A DNA stretch of 64,000 nt from Eledone cirrhosa (lineage: Eukaryota), in assembly GCA_964016885.1 (NCBI GenBank), contig OZ024742.1:154132001-154196000 (forward strand), given 5' to 3'. The translations under genes and the position numbers were made by a program. Below are positions 43,383-58,875 of the stretch, in pieces. Each line of letters begins with the position of its first letter. Position 1 is the stretch's first letter. A model generated the notes under the pieces. It had not been told where the DNA came from. It did no database searches and saw only the letters and a list, made by a program, of their open reading frames with translations.

Positions 43383-43415
43383 GCATACATACTCATATAT
43401 GTGAATATATATATA

Positions 43416-43508
<93 letters not shown>

Positions 43509-43703
43509 GTATGCATACATACTCATATATGTGAATATATATATATATATATGAAAAAGAACACAAGAGCGTCTACAACATCAACAGATTTTTATTGGCT
43601 TACAATGTTTCTTCCTTACGTAACCATAGGATTCGTTAGAGCTATAAAAGGGGTTTGATTGGTGTTATGGACTCTACCAACCAAACACTCCTATTGACCT
43701 AAG

Positions 43704-43930
<227 letters not shown>

Positions 43931-44228
43931 TTGTGTATTTATGAATATATATATATATATATATTCATACATATGTATATTCATATATATATATATATAT
44001 TAGAATGTGAGGTTCTTTAACAAAATAAAAAAAACGAGATGTCCTACACGAGTGAAAGTATAAGGAAAAAAGATAAAATCTAAAATGCATATGAAGCTTT
44101 TTTTTATATATATATTTATTTGGTTCCTTTACCGGTTTTCCTGTTCTTGCCCTATTCAAAAGTAGAATTGAGTTGGAGGGTTTGTGGTTTTTCCCGCATC
44201 TGTGTGTGTGTATATATTTATATATATG

Positions 44229-44279
<51 letters not shown>

Positions 44280-44830
44280 GTTAGAATATGTGTAATAAGG
44301 CCAAGACAATGCAGGTATGGACATAGAAAAAAGAATGCAATAGTGAAAGATATTGATGTGAATTCGTCTTTCACCTTGAATTTATTTAAATGTCCTTAAT
44401 TTTCGAGATAATATCTCTTCTTCGGACGGAAGTAAAGGTCTCAAACCAGCGTCTTTAAATCTCTAATCAAGCCATGCTGACCGGAAATAGTATAGAGTAT
44501 CTGTTCTAACTTTAATATCAAAGAATTAAAATTAGGTGGATAAAGAGTAGTCTCCCTTTAAGAGGGGTTTGTTTATGTTTATTTATTTATTTATTTTTTA
44601 TTTTTTTTTATTTTATATGCGTGCCTGTATATGTGTGTGGGAGAATGCATGAAGGTGTAGGTATGTGGGTGTGTGTGTGTGAGTGTGGGAAGATAGGTCT
44701 AATCGTAAAACGGGGGGTAGGTGTTATCTGGTGTTAGAACTGGTTTTGTGTGTGTATGTGTGAGAGAGAATAAGTGGAGGTATGCGCGTGCGTGTGTGTG
44801 GGGTGTGTAAAAATGGGGCTAGAGGCCCTA

Positions 44831-47412
44831 TCAGGTTATAAATTGGGTGTTGAGCTCTAGTCTATTATTGATTGGTGGATGTGTTCTATCTATAATAAGT
44901 GCTTCCTTAATTCTAAGATTGCCGAGTTTTCTTTCCTTAGTTTCTATCCTAACTGTTATGTTTTTATCGGTGTTTTTGCATTTAACTAGGTGTTTCTTAA
45001 ATGAGGAAGCGTTAGTATTGAGGTGTTCTTTTATTCTTATGTGGAGTGGCCTGGTGGTGCTACCTACGTAGAAGTTGTTGCATTTGTCACACTCTAGTCT
45101 GTATACTCCGTAAGCCTGGTGGCATAGGTCTGTGTCGTTGATGGGGCAGTTGGCTAGTCTGCAGCAGTTGTCATGTCTGGTGGAGTGTCTCTTAGCCAGC
45201 CGTCCGCGCAAAGAAGGACCCGAGTGGGCCAGTTGAATATCCAGACCCTCACGTCTGATGGCTCTGCGGATGGCTGTTGTTGTTTCTTCACTGAAGTGTG
45301 GGAGCTTCAGGAAGCAAGTGTTAGTGCCTCGGGTGTGGTGTCCTCTGTTCTTTCTGGCACGGTTTGTGGTGGATGTCGTGTATCCGTTCAGTTTGAGTAC
45401 TTCCAGGAAATGTGTGGTGTGTGTGTCTCGGTCTCTGGCGTCGGTGCATTTGTTCTTGATACGTGCCAGTTCGTTCTTTATGTATCCGAAATTGGCACCG
45501 AGTGGGAGGGCCGATCTGAAATGTACGAACATGTCCCTGCTGGCGGATTTTTTTATAGAAGCAGGTGTGGATGTTGCCTTCCTCTGTTACCCTGAGTTGG
45601 AAGTCCAGTAGGGATAGGGATCCGCGGTCATCGGGGTGTTCCATGCTGAACTTTATACTGGCGTCCATGCTGGAGAATGTTGTGTATATTTTCTCTGCCT
45701 CCTCACGGGATGATGTAAGGATGAGTATGTCATCTACATATCGGGTGAAGAACGCATGGGAATGGCAGGTGTTGAGGGCTCGGCATTCTAGCTGGTTCAT
45801 GTAAGTGATGGCCAGCAGGCCCGAGAGACTGGATCCCATGGGTAATCATGTTGTCTGTCTGTATCTGTGGTGGTGGAAGGTGAAGTACGTGTTGTCTACT
45901 GTGAAGGACAAAAGCTGGTGTATGTCCGTCGGGTGGAGGCCGTAGCAGTGGATGTTCTCTGCGACCACGCAGTCCGTCAATAAATCGACAGCTGGGTGAG
46001 CGGGGACTGTAGTGTAGAAGGAGACAACGTCAAGGCTAAAAGCGTATTTATTTAGTTTAAGTTGTTCTGGCTGGAGTTAGTGTAATCTACGTATAACTTG
46101 GTCGGAGCTACTGACATGTCCGGGGAAGGTGGAGAGTAGAGGCTTGAGGACCTGTGAGAGAAGCCAGGAAATTGTGTATAGGGGTCCTTCTATGCTAGAG
46201 ACGATGGGTCTTATATGCGTCTTAGTGCTATTCTTGTGGGTCTTGATGAGGTGGTAGAAAGTGGGCAGTCTTCTATTTCTAGTGGTGTAGTTGAGTTTAA
46301 TTTTATTCGGGAGTTGTCTTCTCCTACAGATATCGAACCAAATGGAGTTGGTCTGTTTTTCGATTTGGGCTGCGGTCATGTCCGGGATCACTGTGTACAG
46401 TTCACTGTCGCTTAGGTGTTCGAAGTCTAGGTTATTTTATGTGGCTTGAGAGATGACGCAGAACTCTTTACCTTTGTCGGATGGTAAGTAAATAAGTTCC
46501 TTATTCCGTAGGTTCTTCAGGACGAGTGTTGTGTCCTGGAGGGGTTAGGGGCCATCTTCTTCTGTTTCCGTAAGATGTTAAATACGGAATGTTTTAGTCT
46601 CGAGAGTTTTTCTTCCAGTTCGCGGTTGGCGGGCGGTGGATAGAGTGGGCGATCTAGTTGGTATATCGGGAATCTGGGTGTGGTGGATTCCGTGGTGTTG
46701 TTGTCGAGAGTCGATATCCATTTCAGTTGGTAGGCAGTCCGACAGAAATTCGTTTCTATGTCGAGCCATAATCTGTCGTCCAGTCTCTGTTTCAATATGA
46801 ACTTGGGACCCAGGCTGAGGAGGTCTAATTCCTCTCGGGAGAGGGATCCTGTCAAGTATGTGACGAGGTGTTTTGCGTCAGGTGTGTTGTTGGTCGGGGT
46901 GCCGCTAGGTTCGGTGTTGGTAACGTATTGTTCGCCTCTGTTGGTGTTTAGCGTTGGGATGTTGTTAAGACAGTTGGCCGTCCTGAGTTTGAGAAATGTT
47001 TGTGTTAGGCGTATTTTCTCGTAGTCTCGGCGGTGGTGGTATGACCTGTCTATAGTGGCGGAGATGAACCTGGACAGAGGTTCTGGGGTTTCAGCGAGTT
47101 GTGGTACAAGGCTGGAGATAGTCCGTATGTGATGTTGTAGCGTGCGGTGTAGGTGTTGTATGAGTTTTCTTAGGCAGAATTTTTGTATGCAACTGAGTGA
47201 TCGTTTGAGGCCTGGTGATTTGAAGCATGTTGGTAGGTGTACATTTTTGATGGTTTGGGGAATAATGTTGTTATTCAGGCATCGTTTTAGGAAGTTTATT
47301 TGGCAGCCGGCTTTGGCGCGCTTTTCAGATAGCTGGAAGAGTTTTTTACAGTTGTGAACTGGGCCTGGCTCAGGCGTAATGAAAGGAGGAGGTTATAGTT
47401 CACTTGAAGCAT
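44831..47412 (-). pseudogene. PLE polyprotein (RT + GIY-YIG endonuclease), ~860 codons, several stops and frameshifts
   Basis: LLSLGPKF; FYHLIKTHK..IRPIVS; SLDVVSFYTTVP; MGSSLSGLLA; RYVDDILI; C..CP..C..VYRLECDKCNNFYVGSTTRPLHIRIKEH. Confidence 0.92.
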
Positions 47413-47545
47413 TGTGTAATGAGGTATACACGTTAGAATATGTGTAATAAGGCCAAGACAATGCAGGTATGGACATAGAAAAAAGAATGCAATAGTGAAA
47501 GATATTGATGTGAATTCGTCTTTCACCTTGAATTTATTTAAATGT

Positions 47546-47580
47546 CCTTAATTTTCGAGATAATATCTCTTCTTCGGAGG
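47546..47580 (-). ncRNA. Minimal hammerhead in PLE pLTR, U4C core
   Basis: CCT-CCGAAGA-A-GAGAT-att-ATCTC-GAAA-AT-TA-AGG; second copy at 44394-44428. Confidence 0.65.
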
Positions 47581-47977
47581 GAAGTAAAGGTCTCAAACCA
47601 GCGTCTTTAAATCTATAATCAAGCCATGCTGACCGGAAATAGTCTAGAGTATCTGTTCTAACTTTAATATCAAAGAATTAAAATTAGGTGGATAAAGAGT
47701 AGTCTCCCTTTAAGAGGGGTTTGTTTGTGTTGTTTTTTTTGTTTTTTTTTTATTTTATTTTATATGCGTGCCTGTATATGTGTGTGGGAGAATGCATGAA
47801 GGTGTAGGTATGTGGTGTGTGTGTGTGAGTGTGGGAAGATAGGTCTAATCGTAAAAGTGGGGGGTAGGTGTTATCTGGTGTTAGAACTGGTTTTGTGTGT
47901 GTATGTGTGAGAGAGAATAAGTGGAGGTGTGCGGGTGCGTGTGTGTGGGGTGTGTAAAAATGGGGCTAGAGGCCCTA

Positions 47978-48672
47978 TCAGGTTATAAATTGGGTGTTGA
48001 GCTCTAGTCTATTATTGATTGGTGGATGTGTTCTATCTATAATAAGTGCTTCCTTAATTCTAAGATTGCCGAGGTTTCTTTCCTTAGTTTCTATCCTAAC
48101 TGTTATGTTTTTATCGGTGTTTTTGCATTTAACTAGGTGTTTCTTAAATGAGGAAGCGTTAGTATTGAGGTGTTCTTTTATTCTTATGTGGAGTGGTCTG
48201 GTGGTGCTACCTACGTAGAAGTTGTTGCATTTGTCACACTCTAGTCTGTATACTCCGTAAGCCTGGTGGCATAGGTCTGTGTCGTTGATGGGGCAGTTGG
48301 CTAGTCTGCAGCAGTTGTCATGTCTGGTGGAGTGTCTCTTAGCCAGCCGTCCGCGCAAAGAAGGACCCGAGTGGGCCAGTTGAATATCCAGACCCTCACG
48401 TCTGATGGCTCTGCGGATGGCTGTTGTTGTTTCTTCACTGAAGTGTGGGAGCTTCAGGAAGCAAGTGTTAGTGCCTCGGGTGTGGTGTCCTCTGTTCTTT
48501 CTGGCACGGTTTGTGGTGGATGTCGTGTATCCGTTCAGTTTGAGTACTTCCAGGAAATGTGTGGTGTGTGTATCTCGGTCTGTGGCGTCTGTGCATTTGT
48601 TCTTGATACGTGCCAGTTCGTTCTTTATGTATCTGAACTTGGCACCGAGTCGGAGGGCCGATCTGAAATGTA
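47978..48672 (-). pseudogene. Duplicated PLE C-terminus (thumb + GIY-YIG)
   Basis: ORF 47978-48358 is nearly identical to the end of ORF 44831-45532. Confidence 0.9.
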
Positions 48673-48719
48673 ACGTTTATACCTCATTACACAATGCTTC
48701 AAGTGAACTATAACCTCCT

Positions 48720-48761
<42 letters not shown>

Positions 48762-50319
48762 AAAAAAAGATGAAATCGAAAATGCAACTGGAGTCTTATT
48801 TAAAAGAATATATATATATTTATTTGGTTCCTTTACGGTTTCGCAGTTCTTCTGCTTTTCAGAAGTAGAGTGGAGATGGAGGATCTGTGGTTTTTCTCAC
48901 ATCTGGTTGGTCTTTGAATGTTACTTGTTTTGTATGGAAAAATGTAGCTCGAAAGGCAAGGTTTTTAGAGAAGTAATTTGATTGGTGGGTCAATAAGTAT
49001 AATAAATTTTGAGCCAATTCGCGTTACAAAGTTCTTCAAATAGGATGGGGGTGGGGGTGGGGTCTCAGGTTGTTTTTTTCATATATGAGTATTTGAATTT
49101 TTTTTACTTAAAAAAAGGGGCTCACAAAGGTTTTTTGAAATAAATGTATTTGATGGGTTATGAATGAAATTATGGCTGTAACGTGAACAAGTTCATTAAA
49201 ATTCGCGCCCGTATTCGGGAATTTATTTTGTAGCCTTTTAGAGAATTTTATAACAAACAAAAGATAATGGACAAGAGAAATGGGATGGGAGAATTGTCCT
49301 AGTTCAGCGAATATAGCAGGTTGTTTTTTCGTATATGGGTGAAGTTTGGTTCGTTGATGTAATCACGTGAATAAGTATATCAGCTTTCGCGTAAGTTTGT
49401 TTGAACTTCTTTTTCCTTTAAAAAAATGTGGCTCAAGAAGGTTTTTTTTTAATAAATCTAATTTGATTGGTTATAAATGAAATTATGACTGAACAAGTTC
49501 ATTAAATTTCGCGCCCGTATTTGGGAATTTATTCTGTAGCCTTTTAGAGAATGTTATGACAAGCAAAAGAGAAATGGGATGGGAAAATTGTTCTTGTTCA
49601 GTGAATATGGTTGGTTCTCTAGGGTGTCAGAATTCATATTTTCTATTGAAATAAAGAAAGTAGAGATATGTATGTTTATTTGTGTGCTTGTGTGTGTGTG
49701 CGCGTGTGTGTCTGTGTGTGTATAGGAAGAAGATTCTATTAGTAGAAATGGGGAGGGAATTGTATGTGTGTGTGTGTATATGGGTGTTATGTGTCTGTGT
49801 GTGTGCGTGGGTGTATGTTAAGATGGAGAGAATATATATATTTTGTGTGTGTGTATATGTGCGTACGAAAGTGATTCTATTAGTAGAAATGGGGGAGGGA
49901 GTTGTGTGTGGGGGGTATGTGTGTGTATGGGTTGTTATGTGTGTGTGGGAGTATGGTTAGCGTGTTAAGATGAAGAGAATATATATTGTGTGTGTGTGTG
50001 TGTGTGTAGGGAACTGATTCCATTAGTAGGAATATTTTTGAATGAACATATTTTCCTTACTTATTCGTATTTGTTCTGTTGTATTGTCAGCGCAAACGAA
50101 TGTTAAGGATTTATTTAATTCGGGTTTTTATTTTCTAAAGAATAAGGTGTTATGTGTGTGTGTATGTGTCTGTTTGGATGGTTAGCATGTTATGGTGTTG
50201 ACATAATGTATATTAAACCATATTTAATGCTGGTCTATATTTTTGAAAAAAACATATTTTCCTTATTTATTCGTATTTGTACTGTTGTATTGTTAGCGCA
50301 AAGGTCAAGTGGGAAGCCT

Positions 50320-52792
50320 TGGAATGTGGGTGTCTTATTCCCTGCGCATATGTCGAGATGTGGGGTTAGTGGTATTTGTCTCGTGGTTGGATCTAGTAAT
50401 TATTGGCGATGAACTGTCATTCTGTTTCTGAGTGTGAGTTTAGTTTTTCTTATATAATCTTCATTGCATCCTTTACATTTAATGACATGAAGTAGATTTT
50501 TTGATCAGCAAGTGAAGTGATTTTTTACAGCAAAATTTTGTCCTGATTTAAATGTATATGCGTTGCCTTCGATGAGGTGAGTGCAGGTTCCACAATTAGA
50601 GCGACCACATTTTTTGACAGTTGGTTGTGGGTTTGTGGTAGGTAATTTGGCATTGGTGAGTAATGTTTTCAGTGATTTCGGTGTCTTTTGATTTTGATTA
50701 ATTTGTGTGTTTCAAGGGCTTTTTTCATTCTTGGGTCTTGTTTCAGTAGTGGGATGTTCTTGTGAATAGTGTTGTAAGCTTCCGCATTACTTGGCTTGTG
50801 TGTTGAGATATATGATAGAATATTGGAGGTACCTTGAATTTGTTTCTCTTTTCGTAATTCCTCAATGCCTATTGTTTTATCTTTTTCTATTCCATTACTT
50901 ATTAGTAATGGCGGGTACTGTCTTTCGAGTAGAATTTCCTTTAATTCTTGAAGTCTTTTATTTCGCGTTTCATAATTGAAGACTATCGTGCAAATTCTTC
51001 TTGCTTAGGTTAAAAGGAATGTTCGTCTTCGTGTGCTTTGGATGGTTGGAGGTGAATAGCACGTAATGTATGGAATCTGTTGGATTGTAGTGTATGTCAG
51101 TTTCAATATTTGTGTCTTTTTTTAAGATTAAGATGTCCAGAAATGGGACTTGATCTTGGCTGTATTCTATTGCGAATTGGATGTGGTTATTGATGCCGTT
51201 TATGAAATGTTTGAGTTCATTCAGTTGGTAGAGTGTGTGGGACCAAAGAATGAGACAATCATCCATGTAGCGTTTCCAATTCTCTGATAAATACTTTTGG
51301 AATTTCCATCCGTATTTTGATTTTGACTGTTCATATATCTTGACTTCTAAGTATGCCATGAATAAGTTGGCATAAGTTGGAGCGGCTTTTGTACCCATCA
51401 CAGTCCCCGATATTTGCTTATAATTACTGCCATCAAAATCCAAAAAATTGTTCTGTATGATAAATTTTAATCCCTCGGCGATGAAGCTTTTTTCTATTAT
51501 GCCAGGTATCTCATTGGGATATTTCTCTAGCCAGAATACTATTGATTCTAGTCCTTTTGGTGTGGGATCGTTTTGTAGAAATTCACTACATCGAAAGACA
51601 CAATAATAGTGACGTTTTTGACATGTTGGGGGAGGTGGTTTAAGAGGTCAAAAACTCTCTAACAAGGCGTGGTATGTGTTTGATAATTGGTTTTAGTAGT
51701 ATGTCTATAAAGTTGCTTAGTCTGTGTTTATCACATTATGGGCACGCTACAATTGGTCTTAACTTAAGATACGTGGGGTATTGTGTGTTCACGAAGGCTG
51801 AGGTGGATTCTCTGCAGGCATCGTTAATTATTTTACACTTGTGGATCTTCGGAAGTCCGTAAAGTTTGCTGGTTTTGTATTCAAAATGTGTTAAATATTC
51901 GCGTTCCTTTTTAGTTAAGTCTTCCTGGTATCGACAAATCAGTGTGTTTAATCTGGTCATTGTTTTTTATTGCTGGTAGTTTATTACTCTTTCATAGTAA
52001 TTAGTATCTTGTTTGAGAGAACATAGAACTTTTATATTATTCAGCATGCATAATGACAACAGTACTTGCCTTGTCCGCTTCCTTAATTATAAATTCCATA
52101 TTGTTTTTTATTTCATGCATAATCTCCCATTTCCTTCGACTCGTGCTGTGTTTGGGTTTATGTTACGGTAGTTCATGGTATGGGAAAGTAGCTATGTGGT
52201 CACAAGTAGGTATGTGGTCTAGAACTCTTTCTAGCTTTTGTTGGGTTGTAGCTGCTTTTATTCCGTACAATTGATTGGTCGTTATTCTCCTTGTCAAAGA
52301 ATTCCTCTGTGAGACGTAATTTTCTACAGAAGTGTGAGATATCGTCATTTATCTCATTGATGTTAGAATATTGTGGTGTTGGTGTGAATTTCAGTCCTTT
52401 GCAGATAACTTTTACTTGTTGGGCTGAGAGGTTTGTATTTGAAAGGTTGATTATTTTCGGTTTTTCAAAATCGGTTTGTGCCACCGGGTGTCGTGGGTCC
52501 TGTAGCCTTGGTCTAAAAAATGATTTTTCTGGAATGTTTGTTCAATGGTATTATTAGATCTAGTGGCATTTCACATGTTGTTGTGTGGTCTTGTATAGAA
52601 GTTTCGGACGTATTGAGGTTCGGTTTGTTGATGGTCCGGGTTGTAGATGTTGTTCCTTTGTGTGGGTTGGGATCTACGATTTTGGAAAAGGCTCTGTGTG
52701 GGCAGGGGTCTACGGTTTTGGAATAGGTTTTGTGTGGGTTGTGATCTGCGGATCGAGTCCTGTCTTGTGTTGGGGATCTGCCATAATTTCAT
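50320..52792 (-). pseudogene. PLE RT + Zn-linker + GIY-YIG, decayed
   Basis: KGLKFTPTP; LYGLPKIHK..LRPIVA; GTVMGTKAAPTYANLFM; RYMDD; CGRSNCGTC..CKGCNEDYI..RMTVH. Confidence 0.88.
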
Positions 52793-53087
52793 TTTTTAAC
52801 CAATCAAATTACATTTATTAAAAAAGCCTTCGTGAGGCCATTTTTTTAAGTAAAAAGAAATTCAAACATTCATATATGAAAAACAACCTGAGCAAACCCC
52901 CACCTTTGTTTGAAGAAATTTGTAACGCGAACTGTCGCGAAATAAATCTATTATACTTATTGACCAACCTATCAAATTACTTCTTTAAAAACCTGGCGTT
53001 TCGAGCCACATTTTTCCATATAAAACTTGTAACATTCAAAGACCAACCAGATGTGAGAAAAACCACAGACCCTCCATCTCAACTCTA

Positions 53088-53123
53088 CTTTTGAAAAGCA
53101 GAAGAACTGCGAAACCGGTAAAG
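53088..53123 (+). ncRNA. Minimal hammerhead with UUGAAAA core (U3-A8)
   Basis: CTT-TTGAAAA-GCAG-aagaa-CTGC-GAAAC-CG-GTA-AAG. Other copies at 48831-48865 (-), 31970-32006 (-), 44127-44162 (-) and 54535-54572 (+). Confidence 0.75.
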
Positions 53124-53201
53124 GGACCAAATAAATATATATATATATATCTTTTTTAAATAAGACTCCAGGTGCATTTTCGATTTCATCTTTTTAACTT
53201 T

Positions 53202-54502
<1,301 letters not shown>

Positions 54503-55290
54503 GGGAAAAACCACAAGCCCTCCATCTCAATTCTACTTTTGAAAAGCACAAGAACTGCAAAACCGGTAAAGGAACCTGTGCGACTCGAAATCACACCTGA
54601 TATGCGCTCCCGAGAACACAACAATGAGTTTACAATACTTTCCGGTATTTTAAGCCTGCATCTTTTTTGATTATTTTTTAAATTACTGGCCGATATATAA
54701 TGACTAATATTACGATAAATATTGTCAACTTGCGAAGATGTATTCATTGGCCAACATTTTACCGCTCTAGGCTCTTACATGACCAAACGGTTTTACTTTA
54801 ACACATGCTGATGTTCGTTTCCATACTTATCGCATCACTCTATATCAAAATAATACGCCATATCACATTGTAAATCAATACATGTCCAATTACGTACTTA
54901 TATCCACAGATATTTACATGTTTCTATAATTTTAAAGGTCTTTCCTTTTCCTTGAAACTGTAAAATATTTTATAGCAATAAATATATGGTTTTTATATCA
55001 TTGGACACATATTATGCAATTCAGTCGTATCATTTAAAATATTACTTGCAAGTTACTTTATCAGAACTTAATTCGATAATAGAATAAAATTTGACTACAG
55101 ATATATATTTTATATTAAGTAAAGTTGAAACGGTAATATGTTAAAGGACTCATATATGATGTAAGTATCATAAGAGGCATGCTGATCATCATCCAAGCCC
55201 TCGTTCTCCCTCTCCCTCTCCCTTTCTCTCTCTCTATCTATCTACCTTGTCACTCTATATATGTGTATATGTATGAATATGTATGTATGA

Positions 55291-55413
<123 letters not shown>

Positions 55414-57299
55414 TTAATGTGCGCCTTTTTGTGTTAGTGATGAGGATTAGATACATTCATAATATGATTTATAAACTAAAGTAATGTATGATATGTCTCG
55501 TGACTACAAATGTGTCCATATAATGTATCAATTCTTAAACACAGAGACACAATTACGGTGATACTCACATCGAATCTGTAAGCGTAATTATATGTGTATG
55601 TATGCATAATATGATTTATTTACACATGCTTTATTTGCATAACCTTTATCTAAATATAAAAAATAAATATTATCGTCAATATTCGAAAAATATGGCAATT
55701 TTTCAATAATGACATTAATACAAACCAAGAGAAAATAATATCAAATGGAAAGAAAGTAAATAACATCAAATAAATTGTTAATATTTTAAATCAATAGCAT
55801 TAAAATATTTTGGACAAATACCAATGGAAAATGTTTTACGTATAAATATAATGATGTTAGGTGGAAAAAAATTAATTTCACAGTTTCACAATGGTTTATT
55901 AGAACTGATTTTTTTCTGTTCTGTTTTGTGTTTACATGCATTATATATCAGTTAATTGATTGAAAATTTAATGGAGATAACATTTATGTTAATTTTAAAA
56001 TTATAAGTGATGAAACACTTCGTAAGCACGAAATTTGGCAGACTTTAATTTCCTAACCTCGATTTCGAATTTAGTTCCTGCAGTAATTAAATATTTACTA
56101 TTCAATGTTTGACCCAATGTTTACCAGTAATGTACTAGAAATTGCATGTAAACAACATTCTTAACAGTTTAAACTATTATATACCAGACATATTGTTAAC
56201 CCTCCAATTCCAATTTTAATTGACCGTTTCACTTTCACTTAAATATTTCGAGAAAAGCATGACTGTACAGTAAACATCTCAATTCATGTGTACTCTACTC
56301 CAGACAATTTCATATAAGGGGCCTTTAATGCTTTAATACTTTAAATACAAAGTTGTTTATGATGAAATATACTCAAATATGGACACGAAAACTTGATTTG
56401 TCTCAAAGGCAATAAGTCTGGCAGTAGAATTTATGAGTTGAATTTCCCAATTTAATCAAACCAAGTATTTGACTGATATATATTCTATTGATGTATGAAC
56501 ATTTCATGACTTTTCAAATTGGAATGAAAATGGAGATAATAATATCACAAATTGACAGAATCGTTAGAGCCTTTGACAATTCAGTATGATATTTGGTTTG
56601 ACATTTTCATTGTGTTCAAAGACTGTCGGGTTCAATACAGAAATCGGTGAAATAAAGTAGCCTCATGTGGTGCGTTTAATTTAATCAAAGTTTTCCTCCC
56701 AGAAATGTGTCCTTGTGCCTAAATTTCAAATAATTATAAAGTGATCTGTGTTATCTCACACCTCTCATAGTTAATGGACATACTAATTTACTATAGAAAG
56801 TATGATACAATCAATGATATATCATGATATAATCTGTATTTTATAGCTTTAAATATGAATGACAATTTGAGAATTACAAATACAAATGCATGTTTGCCGA
56901 TCGCCTGATTCAATCAAATAATATGTAGCAAATAAATGGCTACATTAGTTGATCGTAATATGTTTCGCTTACAGTTTATTCTTACGTCCTCCTTCCAAAA
57001 TCAGAAGAAACACTTTGAAACTAAAGACCTAATACCCCGAGTTACTTCAGTGTTTGCAATTACAGATATTTGTAAAACCTGCTCGTGGATTCCTACATGA
57101 ATATATTTTAGCTGTGAAGTGTAACAGTGTAACTGACCGGTTGATATGCCCTAAAGGAGAAATACAAAGTCAATTATACGAAATAAAACAAAATTCTTTA
57201 AATCTCCCTGTTTGCTCCATCACACGTCAGAAGCGTATAGTTCATGCATTGCAAATATTCACACTTGGACAAAAGTGGATGTCTTGAGAAGCAAAGCTG

Positions 57300-57885
57300 A
57301 TTCATCATCTCCCTCTAAGACCTAAACATAGGCCATCAGCTTTAGTATTTTTAGAGCTGCAATTAGAGGGAATTCCATCTAAGTGCAGTAGTTTTGCTGT
57401 TGCTGACATGGGTAATGTTCACAGATATCCTTCTCTTACTTTCCAGCTCATAGGATATACATAACCTGTTCAATAGGTTTCTGGATAACATGGACGTTGG
57501 CCTCGGTTTCCTGGGCTCGTGGAACCGATGTGTCCATCGATTCTGTCGCTTCCCATGTGGTATTTTTTGTTGTCGTTCTAGCATCTGATTCTATTGATGA
57601 TGCAGCCATATCTTTCATTATCCATGAGCTCCTCTGTGCAGACAACAATTATGTAGCTTCCATTCGAGGCAGGCTCCCACGTACCTTTTCATGAGCAGGC
57701 ATAACATGTGGCAAAATATCAAATATATGTTAGTTTTTCTATAGCAATTTTTGTTGATGGAATTAAATATGTAGGCTCGTGTTTATACTCTCCAATCTTT
57801 TCCGCACAAGCCAATATCTACCGTTTCGAAGCATTGAGATGAGCCCATTCCAGTTACTGTCGGCCGGAAGCAATTGGGCCTGAAA
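57300..57885 (-). pseudogene. Ancient RTE-type LINE fragment
   Basis: Broken frames give CFRPTV..ET..KRLESINTSL and PRKPRP, like RTE C-terminal motifs. Confidence 0.4.
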
Positions 57886-58319
57886 TTTATATCATTTTAA
57901 AGGGTGATTAAATAACACTCTGTCCAATGTTGAAATAAGATTTCTTTAACACTTTTCACTCTATTTCGAAAGTGACATCGGGTAACGGTACATGAAGTTA
58001 GAAAATAATGATATTGTTGATGTTTTCTATTACTCCTGTCCGGTATTGAAATAATTGTAATTTAAATATTTTCACTATATTCATAAATGATGAAAATATA
58101 ACGCTGACTTCAGTTCTGGAATAAAGTGTATTGAAATCAGTTCACTTTACTTTTAAAGATGCAATGAGTGACGGTAAGATTGGTTTATATGCAGCCAGCG
58201 TTAGGGAGCGTCTGCTATTTTGATATTGCAATCTAATATAGTTTATTTCTAAATCTTCTCAGATTTCATTTTATTGTTGAAAGAACCAGAGGTTGAAGAG
58301 CTTCTCGTGATAAATTATC

Positions 58320-58369
<50 letters not shown>

Positions 58370-58875
58370 TATATATATATTTCGTTTCTGGATTTTGTTT
58401 AGCAAGATTCTTTATCTGAAAACGTGGGTTGAAACCGATATCATTATACTTTGGGAGGGTCATGTTGCCAATAATAAACACACGCACCAGTTGCTTTCAC
58501 TTCAATTTATTATAATAAAATTATAAATTTAGGAATTTATAAATTTCCGGTTGGTTGGTTGGTTCCACAACCAGATGGTTGTTTATATATTGTCAAAGTT
58601 CTTTTGTCACACATTCTGTGACCTCTTCAGTGACTGGCGATTCTTTTCTTTGTTTTTGTGCCTCTCCTTTGTTCTGTCCTACGACATCATGTTTCTGTGT
58701 GTGTGTTGTGTGCTCAGTCTGCGCATGAGCCACATCCGGGTCTATGTCTGTGTTTATATTTGTTTATTTATCTGTTTATTTACATGTTACTGGTTGGTTG
58801 TTTGTTCTATGTGCGTGTGTGTTTTCACTGTGTCCTTAATTGTAAGTTGTGATGTTGCTGTTCTACTCATATCTT

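Larger units (their letters stand above)
44279..48723 (-). mobile_element. Penelope-like retroelement (Naiad-like EN signature): tandem pLTR/3'-ORF duplication plus inverted 50-bp tail, inserted in (TA)n
   Basis: 44279-45525 is duplicated at 47431-48672; 48672-48723 is the reverse complement of 47383-47434. Confidence 0.92.
48760..53200 (-). mobile_element. Penelope-like retroelement (Neptune-like) flanked by inverted pLTRs
   Basis: 3' pLTR at 48760-50310 with internal duplications; inverted pLTR at 52793-53200. Confidence 0.85.

Noticed and set aside
45846-45848. In-frame TGA in the PLE RT as possible selenocysteine (some Naiad PLEs encode selenoproteins)
   Set aside because: It lies at the conserved Gly of the QxxGLPMG motif, not a Cys position. 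Other stops and frameshifts are present, and I see no SECIS in the 3' region.
58410-58445. CTGAAAA..GAAACCGATA second motif in family D
   Set aside because: No stem I or II, and not conserved at 28270-28300.
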